Positions 39,942 to 50,155 of a stretch of 64,000 bases of DNA are shown one piece after another. Within the stretch, counting starts at the first letter, position 1. Every line of letters begins with the position of its first letter. Under the pieces are notes generated by a model. It did not search any database. It saw nothing but the letters and a program-made list of their open reading frames with translations, and had not been told where the DNA came from. The translations under genes and the position numbers were made by a program. Source of the DNA: Bradymonadia bacterium (GTDB lineage Bacteria; Myxococcota_A; Bradymonadia; UBA7976; UBA1532); NCBI GenBank assembly GCA_046290225.1, contig JBKAGE010000035.1, positions 64,001 to 128,000 of the forward strand. Direction: 5' to 3'.

Positions 39942-41332
39942 CCGGCCGGCGCTGGGGGCACGCCCCCGCCAGCCTGCTCCTGGCTGCCTGCCTGCTCCTG
40001 CCCATTGGGCTCGATGCGGCGCCGACAGCCACCGATTGGACGACGAAACGAGAGATACCCGTGATTCTGGTCGAGCACCGCGCCTTCCCCCTGGTCAACC
40101 TCAACCTCTACTTCCGCGTGGGCCCCGCCCTCGATCCGCCAGGGAAGTCGGGGCTCACCACGCTCACGCTTCGCGCCCTGCTCCGAGGCACGTCGACCCA
40201 TGGCCGCGCTGAGCTCGAAGAGGCCTTCGAATCGCTGGGCACCGAGGTCTTCACCACCCCCATGAGCCACACAGTGAGCATCGGCGGCGCCGTGCTCACC
40301 CGGAACCTCGAGCCTTTTGTCGACCTGCTCGCCCAGGTGGTCACCGAGCCGGCCTTCGATGCAGGTGAGATCGAGAAGGTCAAACGGGAGATGCTCGCGG
40401 AGATCGAGGCCCGCCGAAACGAAGACGGCCGCCTCGTGGGCCAGTGGTTCCGCCGGCTGGTCTTCGAAGGGCACCCCATGGGCAACACCGCTGGGGGCAA
40501 GACCGCTGATCTCGAAGGCATCACCCGAGAAGATGTGGTGGCCCACCACAAGGCCTTCTTCTCGAAGGCCAACCTGCTCGTGGGCGCCAGCGGTGATGTG
40601 GCCCAGTCTCAACTCGAGGCCCTGTTGGATGCCCGCCTCGGCGGGCTGCCCACCGGCGAGACCGCAAACTGGTCCATGGCCGAAGTCCCTGCGCTCACCG
40701 ATCGTCGGGCGGCCCTCATCGACAAGCCCGGTCGCTCTCAGGCTCAGATCTACATGGGCCACCCCGCGGTCTCCGCCTCTGATCCGGACTACCTCGCGCT
40801 GTACCTGGCCAACACGGCCTTTGGCGGCACCTTCACCAGCAGGCTGATGAAGGAGATCAGAGTGGAGCGCGGCTGGAGCTACGGCGCCTACGCCCGCCTC
40901 GGGGTGGAGATCAGCGGGGGCTACTTCGGCATGACTGCTGCCCCGAAGATGGAGTACGCCGAGCGCACGATGCAGCTCATGATCGACGAGTTCACCCGCT
41001 TCGTGGACGAGGGCCTCGACGACGAGGAGATCGAGTTCGCCCGGGGCTACCTCATCAACGCCTACCCCTTCTCGGTGGAGACGCCACAGCAGCAAATGGC
41101 CCAGCGGGTGCATGCCCGCCTGCTCGGCCGCCCCGATGATTACGTCGACACCTACCTGAAGACCCTCGAGACTCTGACCCCGGATCAAGTCCGCGACGCC
41201 GTGCGCCGCCGACTGAGCCCGAAGCACCTCGTGATGGTCATGGTGTGCACCGCACCGGAGATCCGTGATCGTGTCGCAGATCTCCCAGGGGTGGATCGGG
41301 TGACGTTGCACCCCTATAACGCTGAGCAATGA
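39938..41332 (+). CDS. M16 peptidase, non-catalytic partner subunit
   Basis: GTGA overlap. No HxxEH, but has SRLMKEIRVERGWSY, the R/Y pair of M16B partner subunits. Confidence 0.88.
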   Translation: MTGRRWGHAPASLLLAACLLLPIGLDAAPTATDWTTKREIPVILVEHRAFPLVNLNLYFRVGPALDPPGKSGLTTLTLRALLRGTSTHGRAELEEAFESLGTEVFTTPMSHTVSIGGAVLTRNLEPFVDLLAQVVTEPAFDAGEIEKVKREMLAEIEARRNEDGRLVGQWFRRLVFEGHPMGNTAGGKTADLEGITREDVVAHHKAFFSKANLLVGASGDVAQSQLEALLDARLGGLPTGETANWSMAEVPALTDRRAALIDKPGRSQAQIYMGHPAVSASDPDYLALYLANTAFGGTFTSRLMKEIRVERGWSYGAYARLGVEISGGYFGMTAAPKMEYAERTMQLMIDEFTRFVDEGLDDEEIEFARGYLINAYPFSVETPQQQMAQRVHARLLGRPDDYVDTYLKTLETLTPDQVRDAVRRRLSPKHLVMVMVCTAPEIRDRVADLPGVDRVTLHPYNAEQ

Positions 41333-41376
41333 CCGCTCTTTCGAACCACAGACCTGATCTTCGAGCCTGAACCCTG

Positions 41377-43527
41377 GTGAACCGCGCCCCCGATACCGCC
41401 TCCCCGGCGGCCCTGGTGTTCCTGCCCCTGGCAGGGGCGATCTTTCTCGGGGCGTGCCTGGTCTTCATCGTGCAGCCGATGTTGGGCCGGTTCATCCTGC
41501 CCTGGTTCGGGGGCAGCCCTGCGGTCTGGACGGCCTGCATGCTGTTCTTCCAGGTGCTGCTCCTCGGCGGTTACGCCTACGCCTATGGCCTCGCGCGCTT
41601 CGCCAATCTGAAACGCCAGGCACTGATTCACCTGGGGGTGCTGCTCCTCTCTTTGGTGGTGCTGCCCATCACCCCCGAGGCCCCCACGGGGGCCGAGATC
41701 ACCCACGAAGGGCCCCAGGTCACGCGCATCTTGATGTTGTTGGCGGTGAGCGTGGGCCTGCCCTACTTCACGTTGTCAACGACCTCGCCACTGCTCCAGA
41801 GCTGGGCCGCGGCCCTGATGGTGGCGCACCGCTCCGGTCGCTCGCCCTATCGCCTCTACGCCCTGGCCAATGCCGGCTCGCTGCTGGCCCTGCTGGGCTA
41901 CCCTGTGGTGGTGGAGCCTGCCCTCGGCGCCGTGGCCCAGACTCACGTGTGGTCCGTGGCCTACGGTGCCTTCGTGCTTCTCGCCGGGGGCACGGCAATT
42001 CAGGTGATGCGGGGGGCGGCGAGTGAAGGCACTCGGGTCTCGCTGAGCAGCGTGGAGCGCGGCCCTCGGGCCCCTCGAGGCGATCGCCTGCTCTGGGTGG
42101 CCCTCACGGCGGTGGCCTCGGCTTTGTTGCTGGCCACCACCCACGCCATCAGCCAGGACATCGGGGTCTCGTCCTCGCTCTGGGTCTGGCCCCTGGTCCT
42201 TTATCTGGCCACCTTCATCTTGTGCTTCGGCGACGAGCGCTGGGCAGATCGCCGTATCTGGGGCCCGGCGCTCGTGGTGTCCTTCGTGGCCCTGGCATAT
42301 GTGCTCGACCAGGGCCACCGGGTCGACGCCATGGTGCAGATCGTCGTGCACTGCCTGGCCCTCTTCGCCGCCTGCATGGTGTGTCATGGCGAGGTGGTCC
42401 GCCTGAAGCCAGGGCCCGGCCGCCTCACGGGCTTCTACATGGCCACGGCCATCGGCGGTGCCCTCGGCGGGGTCTTCGTGGGCCTCGTCGCCCCACAAGT
42501 GTTCACGGTCTACATCGAGCAGCCCTTGTGCCTGGTCACAGTGGTGGCGCTCTACGCCTGGGTGCTCTGGCGAGATCCGAAGTCGTGGATGCACGGCGGC
42601 CGCTTGCGAGATCCGGCTTTCGAGATGCAGCGCGGCCGGCTGCGCGGGGTCTGGCTGACCTTCGCAGTGGGCACCCTGGCCCTCACGGTATCGCTGGGCT
42701 GGACCCTCTCCCGCCGCTTTCGGGGCGCCGACTTCATGAGCCGCAGCTTCTTCGGCACGTTGCAGGTGAAGCAATACGGCGAGGGCTCGAACCGCATCGT
42801 CAACCTGCTCGACGGCCGCATCAGCCACGGCTACCAGTTCACCGATCCGGCGAAGCGCAAGCAGCCCACAGCCTACTTCATCCCCAAGAGCGGCATCGGC
42901 CTCGCTCTGCGATACGGCCCCGAGGTGACGCCAGGGGCTGGCGGTCGCCGCATCGGCATCCTGGGCCTCGGCGTGGGCACCCTCGCCGCCTATGGCCGCG
43001 AGGGGGATCGCATCACGTTCTACGAGATCAACCCCGACGTGGTGCAGGTGGCCCGCAGCCACTTCCACTACCTCAGCGACAGCGCCGCCGCCGTCGACGT
43101 GGCCCTCGGTGACGGCCGCCTGCTGCTCGAGCATCAGGATCCCCAGCTGTTCGATGTGCTCGCCCTCGATGCCTTCAGCGGCGACGCGATCCCCACGCAT
43201 CTGATGACCCGAGAGGCCTTCGCGGTCTACCACCGCCACCTCGCCCCCAACGGGGTGCTGGCGGTGAACATCAGCAACAACCACGTCGACATGACCGCCC
43301 TGGTGGCGGCCCTGGCCAAAGAGATGGGCTGGAAGGCCCTCGGCGCCACAGCTCGAGATCAGGGCTCCCCCTTGGGCAAGCTGACCAGCGACTGGATGTT
43401 GTTGAGCCGCAACGACGACTTTTTGTCGTGGGCCGAGTCTGAGGGTCAGACGTCGCGCATCACCGCGCCGGCGAAACTACAGCTCTGGACCGATGATTAC
43501 GCGCCGGTGCTCTCTGCCCTGGAATAG
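41377..43527 (+). CDS. Membrane protein fused to a spermidine synthase-like SAM methyltransferase domain
   Basis: About 13 TM, then ILGLGVGTL, YEINPDV, GDGR, LDAFSGD and WTDDY. Confidence 0.88.
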   Translation: MNRAPDTASPAALVFLPLAGAIFLGACLVFIVQPMLGRFILPWFGGSPAVWTACMLFFQVLLLGGYAYAYGLARFANLKRQALIHLGVLLLSLVVLPITPEAPTGAEITHEGPQVTRILMLLAVSVGLPYFTLSTTSPLLQSWAAALMVAHRSGRSPYRLYALANAGSLLALLGYPVVVEPALGAVAQTHVWSVAYGAFVLLAGGTAIQVMRGAASEGTRVSLSSVERGPRAPRGDRLLWVALTAVASALLLATTHAISQDIGVSSSLWVWPLVLYLATFILCFGDERWADRRIWGPALVVSFVALAYVLDQGHRVDAMVQIVVHCLALFAACMVCHGEVVRLKPGPGRLTGFYMATAIGGALGGVFVGLVAPQVFTVYIEQPLCLVTVVALYAWVLWRDPKSWMHGGRLRDPAFEMQRGRLRGVWLTFAVGTLALTVSLGWTLSRRFRGADFMSRSFFGTLQVKQYGEGSNRIVNLLDGRISHGYQFTDPAKRKQPTAYFIPKSGIGLALRYGPEVTPGAGGRRIGILGLGVGTLAAYGREGDRITFYEINPDVVQVARSHFHYLSDSAAAVDVALGDGRLLLEHQDPQLFDVLALDAFSGDAIPTHLMTREAFAVYHRHLAPNGVLAVNISNNHVDMTALVAALAKEMGWKALGATARDQGSPLGKLTSDWMLLSRNDDFLSWAESEGQTSRITAPAKLQLWTDDYAPVLSALE

Positions 43528-43572
43528 CAGGGCCCTGGATCATCAGGCGATACACCCAACAAAGGAGATCTC

Positions 43573-44367
43573 ATGGGCACCCCCTCTTTCGAAGGCAAGC
43601 ACGTCTGTGTCGCCGGTGGCACCAGCGGCATCAACCTCGGCATCGCCGAAGGCTTCGCCAAGGCAGGGGCAAAGGTCTCAGTCTTCAGCCGCAAGCAGGA
43701 CAAGGTGGACGCTGCGGTGGCCACCCTGAAGGGCCACGGCGCAGAGGCCCACGGCGGCACCTCCGACGTCCGTGATCCCGACGCTGTGGCGGCGGTGCTC
43801 AAAGGCGCTGTCGATGCCTTTGGTGCCATCGATGTGCTGGTGAGCGGCGCCGCAGGGAACTTCCCCGCGCCGGCCCTGGCCATGTCACCCAACGCCTTCG
43901 GCTCGGTGGTGGGCATCGATCTCAACGGCACGTTCCACGTGCTCAAGGCGGCCTTCGAGCACCTGACCAAGCCCGGCGCGAGCATCATCAACATCTCGGC
44001 CCCTCAGGCCTTCATGCCCATGATGCTGCAGGCCCACGTCTGCGCCGCCAAGGCAGGCGTCGACATGCTGACCCGCACCCTTGCGATGGAATGGGGACCC
44101 ATGGGCGTACGCGTGAACTCGCTGGTGCCTGGGCCCATCGACGGCACCGAAGGCATGAAGCGCCTGCTGATGGATCCGAGCAAGAAGACGATGCTGGCAG
44201 AGACGGTGCCCCTGCAGCGCCTGGGCACGCCGGCGGACTGCGCTGACGTGGCGCTGTTCCTGGCCTCTGACGCAGCTCGTTATGTGAGCGGGGCGGTGAT
44301 CCCGGTGGACGGCGGCTGGTCTCTGGGCGGAGCGCAGGTGGCGATGATGGAGCTCATGAAGGGCTGA
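43573..44367 (+). CDS. SDR oxidoreductase (2,4-dienoyl-CoA reductase-like)
   Basis: AGGTSGIN, SGAAGNF, HVCAAKAGVD and GPIDGTEG. Confidence 0.9.
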   Translation: MGTPSFEGKHVCVAGGTSGINLGIAEGFAKAGAKVSVFSRKQDKVDAAVATLKGHGAEAHGGTSDVRDPDAVAAVLKGAVDAFGAIDVLVSGAAGNFPAPALAMSPNAFGSVVGIDLNGTFHVLKAAFEHLTKPGASIINISAPQAFMPMMLQAHVCAAKAGVDMLTRTLAMEWGPMGVRVNSLVPGPIDGTEGMKRLLMDPSKKTMLAETVPLQRLGTPADCADVALFLASDAARYVSGAVIPVDGGWSLGGAQVAMMELMKG

Positions 44368-44483
44368 GGACCTTCATGCACCCCCCAGCTCCAAGTCTCA
44401 TTCGAACAGAAGTTTGAAGGACCACCTGTCATCGGTAGCGTAGAGCCATACGTGGAACGAAGTCACACGTTTGGGGCTCGAAG

Positions 44484-45881
44484 ATGAACGAACGACTGAC
44501 CATACAAATGAAGCTATGTGGGACATGGCGTGACGCAGCAGAACTGAGCTTTAGCCACGATCTTCAGGGCGTGCACATTACGTATGACTTCGAGCAAGTC
44601 TTCCCCCTAGATGGCAAACTCGAATCACTTCCTGAACATTTTCGAGCAATCTCTCTGAGGTGGCCTCTCAGTGTTGCACCCCTCACCTTCGACCACTGGC
44701 CAGCGATTCTGGACGACATTGGGCCTTCAGGTGCTTCGGGCCAGTGGTGGATCACAGCCCTAGGTCTAGGTGACACCCCTCTGCCCAAACGCAGGTTCAT
44801 GCTCCTCCGCGATGCCGCAATTGCCCCAGTAGGGCATATGCGCATCCAATCCGCCGCCGACCGAGTTCGTCATCAGAGCATGACAGCACGATTTGCCCTC
44901 GAAGACGTCATGACACGTTCCCACACGCTTCTGGATGATGCTCAGCAGCGAGGTGCATCAGCAGGGCTGGCGACAGGTGCAGGGGGTGAGGCGCCCAAAC
45001 TACTGCTCAGAGTCGATGGTGACGAGGTCTGGATCGACACCCTGCAGGAGCACGACGAGCCCGGCGCTCATGTGCTCGTGAAGTTCCCCCGACGCACGGG
45101 CCGAGTACGGATGAGCGGTCAAGCCAAAGACACTGAGGTCGACCGCCTCGTCCTCGTCACCGAGTCGGTGTACTACCGCGCCCTCGCCGCCTTGGGCATC
45201 TCGACCATCGATGTTTCCCGCATGCACCTGCGCATGACCCACGACGAACGCCCCTCGCTCTGGATGCCACGGTTCGATGTCGAAGAACGCAACGGTGAAA
45301 CGATGCGCTTCGGCATGGAATCGCTCTATGCGCTTACAGACACACCTCCAGGCGCCCATAAACCTCACCAGGCATACCTCGACGCCCTGCACCGCGTGCT
45401 CATCGAGGGCCTGCCTCTCACAAGCGTCGACCCGGCTCGGCCACACACGTCAGGGCCACGCTCTGCCGAGCTGGTCTCCGAATATATCCAGCGCGACTTG
45501 CTCAATGTGATCTTCGGCAACTCGGACAACCACGGCCGCAACACCTCGATCTTGAAGACCCCCGAAGAAGCATGGCTGGCGCCCATCTATGACTTCGCCC
45601 CCATGGTCATCGACCCTGCAGGCATCATTCGATCGACACGTTGGGGGCAACTTGAGCGAGGGGCCAACGACATCGACTGGCGGGGTGTCTGCGCGCAACA
45701 AACCCACCTCGTAGATCCAGAAGAAATTTGGGCTGATCTCCGCGCCCTCGCCGAGCGCTTGATCGACTTGGACGAGCGCCTGGAGAGCCTCGGCTTACCT
45801 GATGAAGCGCTGAATCACCCCCAGCTCAAGCTCCGCCAGGTGAATCAACGTCTGAGACGATGGGATTTGGTGGCCGCATGA
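44484..45881 (+). CDS. HipA-family toxin kinase
   Basis: TGAGGEAPKLL P-loop, VKFPR, PRFD, GNSDNHGRNTS and LAPIYDFAPM. Confidence 0.9.
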   Translation: MNERLTIQMKLCGTWRDAAELSFSHDLQGVHITYDFEQVFPLDGKLESLPEHFRAISLRWPLSVAPLTFDHWPAILDDIGPSGASGQWWITALGLGDTPLPKRRFMLLRDAAIAPVGHMRIQSAADRVRHQSMTARFALEDVMTRSHTLLDDAQQRGASAGLATGAGGEAPKLLLRVDGDEVWIDTLQEHDEPGAHVLVKFPRRTGRVRMSGQAKDTEVDRLVLVTESVYYRALAALGISTIDVSRMHLRMTHDERPSLWMPRFDVEERNGETMRFGMESLYALTDTPPGAHKPHQAYLDALHRVLIEGLPLTSVDPARPHTSGPRSAELVSEYIQRDLLNVIFGNSDNHGRNTSILKTPEEAWLAPIYDFAPMVIDPAGIIRSTRWGQLERGANDIDWRGVCAQQTHLVDPEEIWADLRALAERLIDLDERLESLGLPDEALNHPQLKLRQVNQRLRRWDLVAA

Positions 45882-46260
45882 GCCTCTACATTCGCGATTT
45901 GAGCCCTGAAGCACGACTGAATGTGATGCAGGTGATTCAACGACTATTGCTCGAAGAACGCCTGACCATGGGGCAAGCGCTGCGGGCTTGCGCAGCGCCC
46001 ATTTGGGCATGACACGTCGCGAATATGCCCGACGGATGGGCATCTCCAACTCAGCCCTGTCTGATCTGGAAAATGATGCAGGCAACCCAACCCTCAAGAA
46101 CATTCAGCGAGCGTTCAAGCCCTTTGGTCTGAAGGTGGGGCTGGTACCCACGCTGTCGAGCGCGGTGAAGGTGGGGGCGCCTGAGATCGACGGTGAGATC
46201 TACGAGGCGCTAAGCGACCAGATCATCGCCGCAGTGGGGCAACGCGCGCCGCGTGGTTAG
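45878..46260 (+). pseudogene. XRE-HTH antitoxin, split by an apparent 1-nt frameshift near 45986
   Basis: ATGA-coupled start at 45878 reads MSLYIRDLSPEARL...MGQALR and stops at 46012. The HTH (LRSAHLGMTRREYARRMGISNSALSDLEN..GNPTL) continues in the -1 frame from 45988. Confidence 0.7.
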
Positions 46261-47339
46261 AGCCCGTCCCCAGGGTTCCACTCCGGCATCTTCGCCTTCT
46301 TCGGCGCTCGGGGCGCCACATAGCGCACCTCGTCACCCAAGCGCAGCCCCAGGGCCAGAGCCACATCTCGGGGCAGGTCGACTTGCCAGGGCCCCTCGGA
46401 CTCCGGGGGGATCACCGCCAGGTGCCCTGCGCAGGCCCGAAAATCCTGATCTCGGGTGTTGGCGATCAACCAGGTCGTCTCGTCGGGCACCTGGCGCACG
46501 ATCGAGCGCACCCGAGCCACCTTGCTCTTGCGGATCGCCCGAATCTTCTCGATGGGCGCTGCCATGAGGGGGCCCGCGTCGAAGATATCCACCTGATCGT
46601 CGAAGGCAAAACCTTCATCTTCGACGAGCCTCAAAGCGGGGCGTGTTTCTTCGTGCACCTGGCCGATGACCGCCTGCACGTCGGGGGCGAGCATGGGGAT
46701 GTAGATCGGGTGCTGGGGCATCAGCTCGCCGATGAAGCTCTTGTCGGCAGCGCTGCGTTGATCAGCTTCGGCGAACCCGATGTTGAAGAAATGCCGGCCG
46801 ATGGCTTCCCAGAACAACGAGTGGCCTTCCGTGGTGCTCACACCACGCATTTCGGCGATCACCCGCTTGTCGAAACGCTGCCGGTGGCTCGCCATGAACA
46901 AAAACCGGCTCAGCGACAGCAGGCGACCGTTGCCACCCTTGCGGTGATCGCCGAGCAGGAACAACGTGCCGATCTCCGTGGGCCCGGAGTGGTTCGCCGT
47001 CAGCTCGAGGTAGCGCACCTCTTTGTCGACATCGAGGGCTTTGGAGATCTTGTGGGTGGTGCGCAGCTGGTACGAATAAAAGGGCTCGTAGCCCCCCACC
47101 TTGGCCACCATGCCGCTCGTCCCCACCACGGCGCCGGTGGTGAGATCTTCCATGACCAGCAAATACGACTGCCCTGCAGGGCGCCGTACATCGGTTTCGA
47201 GAGCCCTCACCGAGTCACGAATACGGCCAGTGAGCACCTTTTCGTCTGGTGGCAATGTGGTCAAACCCACACCGGCGCTGTGGGCGAGATCGAGGATCGA
47301 CGACAGATCGCCGGTCCGGACTGGGCGTACGAGCATCAT
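46257..47339 (-). CDS. astA: Arginine N-succinyltransferase
   Basis: GVGLTTLP, YLLVMED, EIGTLFL, LLSLSRFLF, IAEMRG and VDIFDAGP. Start moved to ATG 47339. Confidence 0.92.
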   Translation of the reverse strand: MMLVRPVRTGDLSSILDLAHSAGVGLTTLPPDEKVLTGRIRDSVRALETDVRRPAGQSYLLVMEDLTTGAVVGTSGMVAKVGGYEPFYSYQLRTTHKISKALDVDKEVRYLELTANHSGPTEIGTLFLLGDHRKGGNGRLLSLSRFLFMASHRQRFDKRVIAEMRGVSTTEGHSLFWEAIGRHFFNIGFAEADQRSAADKSFIGELMPQHPIYIPMLAPDVQAVIGQVHEETRPALRLVEDEGFAFDDQVDIFDAGPLMAAPIEKIRAIRKSKVARVRSIVRQVPDETTWLIANTRDQDFRACAGHLAVIPPESEGPWQVDLPRDVALALGLRLGDEVRYVAPRAPKKAKMPEWNPGDGL

Positions 47340-47542
47340 GGGCGGGCAAGACCTGATTTTGAACGGAAGCCCGCATAGAAAAGCACGGCTCGAACCATCG
47401 TGCATCAACAGACTGAACAGCCGACTTTTATCGTGCCCACCCGTCAAGCAGAGGGGGTCGGATGTCGATAAAGAAAGTGTGCTGCTCAGCACACTCTTCC
47501 AGCTCAGCTGTCTTTGACGTGTCGTCCTTCAGGAGGTCTGCC

Positions 47543-48256
47543 GTGCGCATCGCAGTCATTTCAGATCTTCACCTGGGCATCGACGAGATCACCGACGAGT
47601 TCGGCCACGACGACGCAGAGTTCCTCAAGTTCCTCGACTTCCTCGAGGCAGATCACGAGCAGATCGTACTGCTCGGCGACATCTACGAGACGCTGACCCC
47701 ACCCTGGCCCGGTGCGTGGTCCGAAGCCCTTGAAGCGGTGCAGAGCCGCCACCAGGCGCTCACTGATCGCTTTAGGGGACCCAAGTACAGCTACATCCAC
47801 GGCAACCATGATCTCGTGGCTGCCCGCCTGCTCGGCGCGCCGGGGGAGCTGTGGCTCGAGGTGGACGGCACTCGGATCTTGTTCACGCATGGCCACATGC
47901 ACGACTGGCTGATCCGCCGTGCTCGGTGCATCTCCGAGATCGGGGTGTGGTTCGGCGGGCTGCTGCGTCGCATCGGCCTCGGGGCGGTCTACCGCATGCT
48001 CGAGCAGATGGAGCATCGCCTGCACAGCAGCGTGGCCAATGCAGATCCGTCACAGAACTCGTTCCAGCGTTGGGCCACCCACATGGCTCGGCATCGTGGT
48101 GCAGACATCATCGTCACCGGCCACACACACACTGGCGGGTGTGCCGAGCATGGTCGGCAGCTCTTCATGAACAGTGGATCGTGCAGCCTCGGCCACACGA
48201 GCTTCTTGAGCCTCGACACCCGCTCGGGGCAATTCGGGTTCCATTCAGGCTGGTGA
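47543..48256 (+). CDS. Calcineurin-like metallophosphoesterase (LpxH-like)
   Basis: SDLHLG, LGDIYE, GNHD, THGH, GHTH and NSGS; GTG after AGGAGG. Confidence 0.88.
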   Translation: MRIAVISDLHLGIDEITDEFGHDDAEFLKFLDFLEADHEQIVLLGDIYETLTPPWPGAWSEALEAVQSRHQALTDRFRGPKYSYIHGNHDLVAARLLGAPGELWLEVDGTRILFTHGHMHDWLIRRARCISEIGVWFGGLLRRIGLGAVYRMLEQMEHRLHSSVANADPSQNSFQRWATHMARHRGADIIVTGHTHTGGCAEHGRQLFMNSGSCSLGHTSFLSLDTRSGQFGFHSGW

Positions 48257-48507
48257 TCACCACTGTTGCGTAACCACTGAGTGTGAATAGACTTTCGCAC
48301 CTTGTGAGTCGCCCGGTTCGCGATTTGCGCCCCCTTCTGCCTCCACCAAAATTCCGTTGAATATCTGCCTGTCCCATGCGACACGCCTTCGTGACGTTCT
48401 CCCCTGAACTGTCGAGAGAAGGTTGAAATGCAGTCACACGATCCTGCTCGGCAACTGGCAGTATTCGGAGCCATGGGCATGTCGATTCCAGCACCTGGAG
48501 CAGCTTC

Positions 48508-49272
48508 GTGAGCCGGCGAGTTCTGCCTGCACCACTGAGCTGGGGCCGGGCCGGTGTGCAAATGTCACAGGTGGCCTCCATCACCATGGGTCACATCGCC
48601 TATCGTGTGGTGAAAGACCGTATCAGGCGTGATCCGACGCTGAGCGTTGCCCGGCAAGCCAGCCTGTGGGGCACCCAGCTCTGCTCGGTGGCGGGCGTCA
48701 CTGTAGAGCGCCAGGGCGATTTGCCCGAAGAGGGCGCGATGCTGATGAGCAATCACCGCTCCTACAGCGACATCATCGCGCTGCTCAGCCAGCTGCCGGT
48801 CTGTTTCCTGTCGAAGGCCGAGCTGGCAAGCTGGCCCATTTTGGGTCAAGCAGCGACGATCGCCCGGACGGTGTACGTGAAACGTGACGATCCGGAGTCG
48901 AGAAAAAAATCCCGTGGAGAGCTGGCACGCATCTTGGAAGCCGGTGTGTCCACGCTGGTGTTTCCGGAAGGCACGACTTTCGAGGGCCCAGGCATCATGG
49001 GCTTTCGCTATGGCGGCTTTCAGATCGCCATCGAGGCCGGTGTGCCGGTGGTCCCCGTGGCCATCACCTATCCGAGCACCGAGGACGCGTGGGTGGGCGA
49101 CGACACCTTCCTGCGCCACTACATCGATCGCTTCGCCCGTCAGGGCGGAACCACTGCGCGCATCGCCTTCGGGCCCCCCATGCGGGGAGACGATCCAAAG
49201 GCGCTGGCGCGACGCGCTGAGGACTGGGTCAGAGCCGCCCTGGTGCGGTTGGGGGAGCCCCCCGTCGAGTGA
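48508..49272 (+). CDS. PlsC/OlsA-family acyltransferase
   Basis: SNHRSYSD (HX4D), FLSKAEL and VFPEGT. Confidence 0.92.
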   Translation: MSRRVLPAPLSWGRAGVQMSQVASITMGHIAYRVVKDRIRRDPTLSVARQASLWGTQLCSVAGVTVERQGDLPEEGAMLMSNHRSYSDIIALLSQLPVCFLSKAELASWPILGQAATIARTVYVKRDDPESRKKSRGELARILEAGVSTLVFPEGTTFEGPGIMGFRYGGFQIAIEAGVPVVPVAITYPSTEDAWVGDDTFLRHYIDRFARQGGTTARIAFGPPMRGDDPKALARRAEDWVRAALVRLGEPPVE

Positions 49273-49338
49273 CATGTGTCGAGTGATACTCGTCGAGTGA
49301 TGCCAGTCGAGTGAACGTAGACCGCGAAAGGGTTCGAT

Positions 49339-50154
49339 ATGCTCAACCGCAAAAAGTCTCGTCAGTTCACCTTCAAGTACTACGAGCGGCCCGGACGCTG
49401 GATGTCCGACGCCCAGCTCGACACCTTCGTCGAAGAGCTGCGCGCCATCGGCGTGACCTGCTTCGATGAGCTGCCCGACTATCAATGCTTCAAGGCTGAT
49501 CGGGAAGGCTTCGGCAACAAGGTCATCACCGTGGCCCGAGATCCCTCGGGTCGAGCGGTGGGCTTCAGCTCTGGCGTGCTGCTCGACGTCGAGGGCATGG
49601 ATCCCGTGGTCCACCTGGGCCTGAGCTGTGTGCACCCGGACGCCCGCTGCGGGGGCCTCACCCATGCCCTGGCCTCGCGCATGGTGAGCGGTTACATGCT
49701 GCGTCACCACCTCTTCAGCAGGGTCTGGGTGACCAACGTAGCCTGTGTGCTCAGCAGCATCGGCAATGTGGCGGCGAACTTCGATCAGGTGTTCCCCTCG
49801 CCAAACTGTGACACCCCCACCGAACGCCACATGCGCATCGCCCGCACGGTGAGCGCTCGCTACCGCGAAGACATCTACATCCACGAGGACGCCCGCTTCG
49901 ACGAGGCGGCCTTCGTGTTCCGAGGCAGCGTCAAGGGCACGTGCTTCCAGAAGGATCCGGACGACACCCGCTATCACCACCGCAAGCAGTACCTCAACGA
50001 CTTCTACCTGGGCTTCATGCGCCTCGACGAAGGCGACGAGGTGATCCAGGTAGGGCACTTCAGCTGCCTTACGGCGGCAGGCTACTTCATCCGCCGCGCC
50101 CTCAAACCCATCAAACGCCTCATCCGCCCCCAGCTTCAGCACGCAGCACGCTGA
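49339..50154 (+). CDS. Probable GNAT-fold acyltransferase
   Basis: ITVARD..G.AVGFS, then VVHLGLSCVHPDARCGGL, resembling GNAT motif A (V.P..R..G). Confidence 0.6.
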   Translation: MLNRKKSRQFTFKYYERPGRWMSDAQLDTFVEELRAIGVTCFDELPDYQCFKADREGFGNKVITVARDPSGRAVGFSSGVLLDVEGMDPVVHLGLSCVHPDARCGGLTHALASRMVSGYMLRHHLFSRVWVTNVACVLSSIGNVAANFDQVFPSPNCDTPTERHMRIARTVSARYREDIYIHEDARFDEAAFVFRGSVKGTCFQKDPDDTRYHHRKQYLNDFYLGFMRLDEGDEVIQVGHFSCLTAAGYFIRRALKPIKRLIRPQLQHAAR

Positions 50155-50155
50155 G

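Noticed and set aside
44368..46260. hipA module as part of a mobile element
   Set aside because: Somewhat lower GC suggests acquisition, but I see no integrase, transposase, tRNA or flanking direct repeats.
48428..48511. 27-codon ORF overlapping the acyltransferase start as a leader peptide
   Set aside because: No Arg-rich or other regulatory codon run and no attenuator seen; probably chance or a start-site ambiguity.
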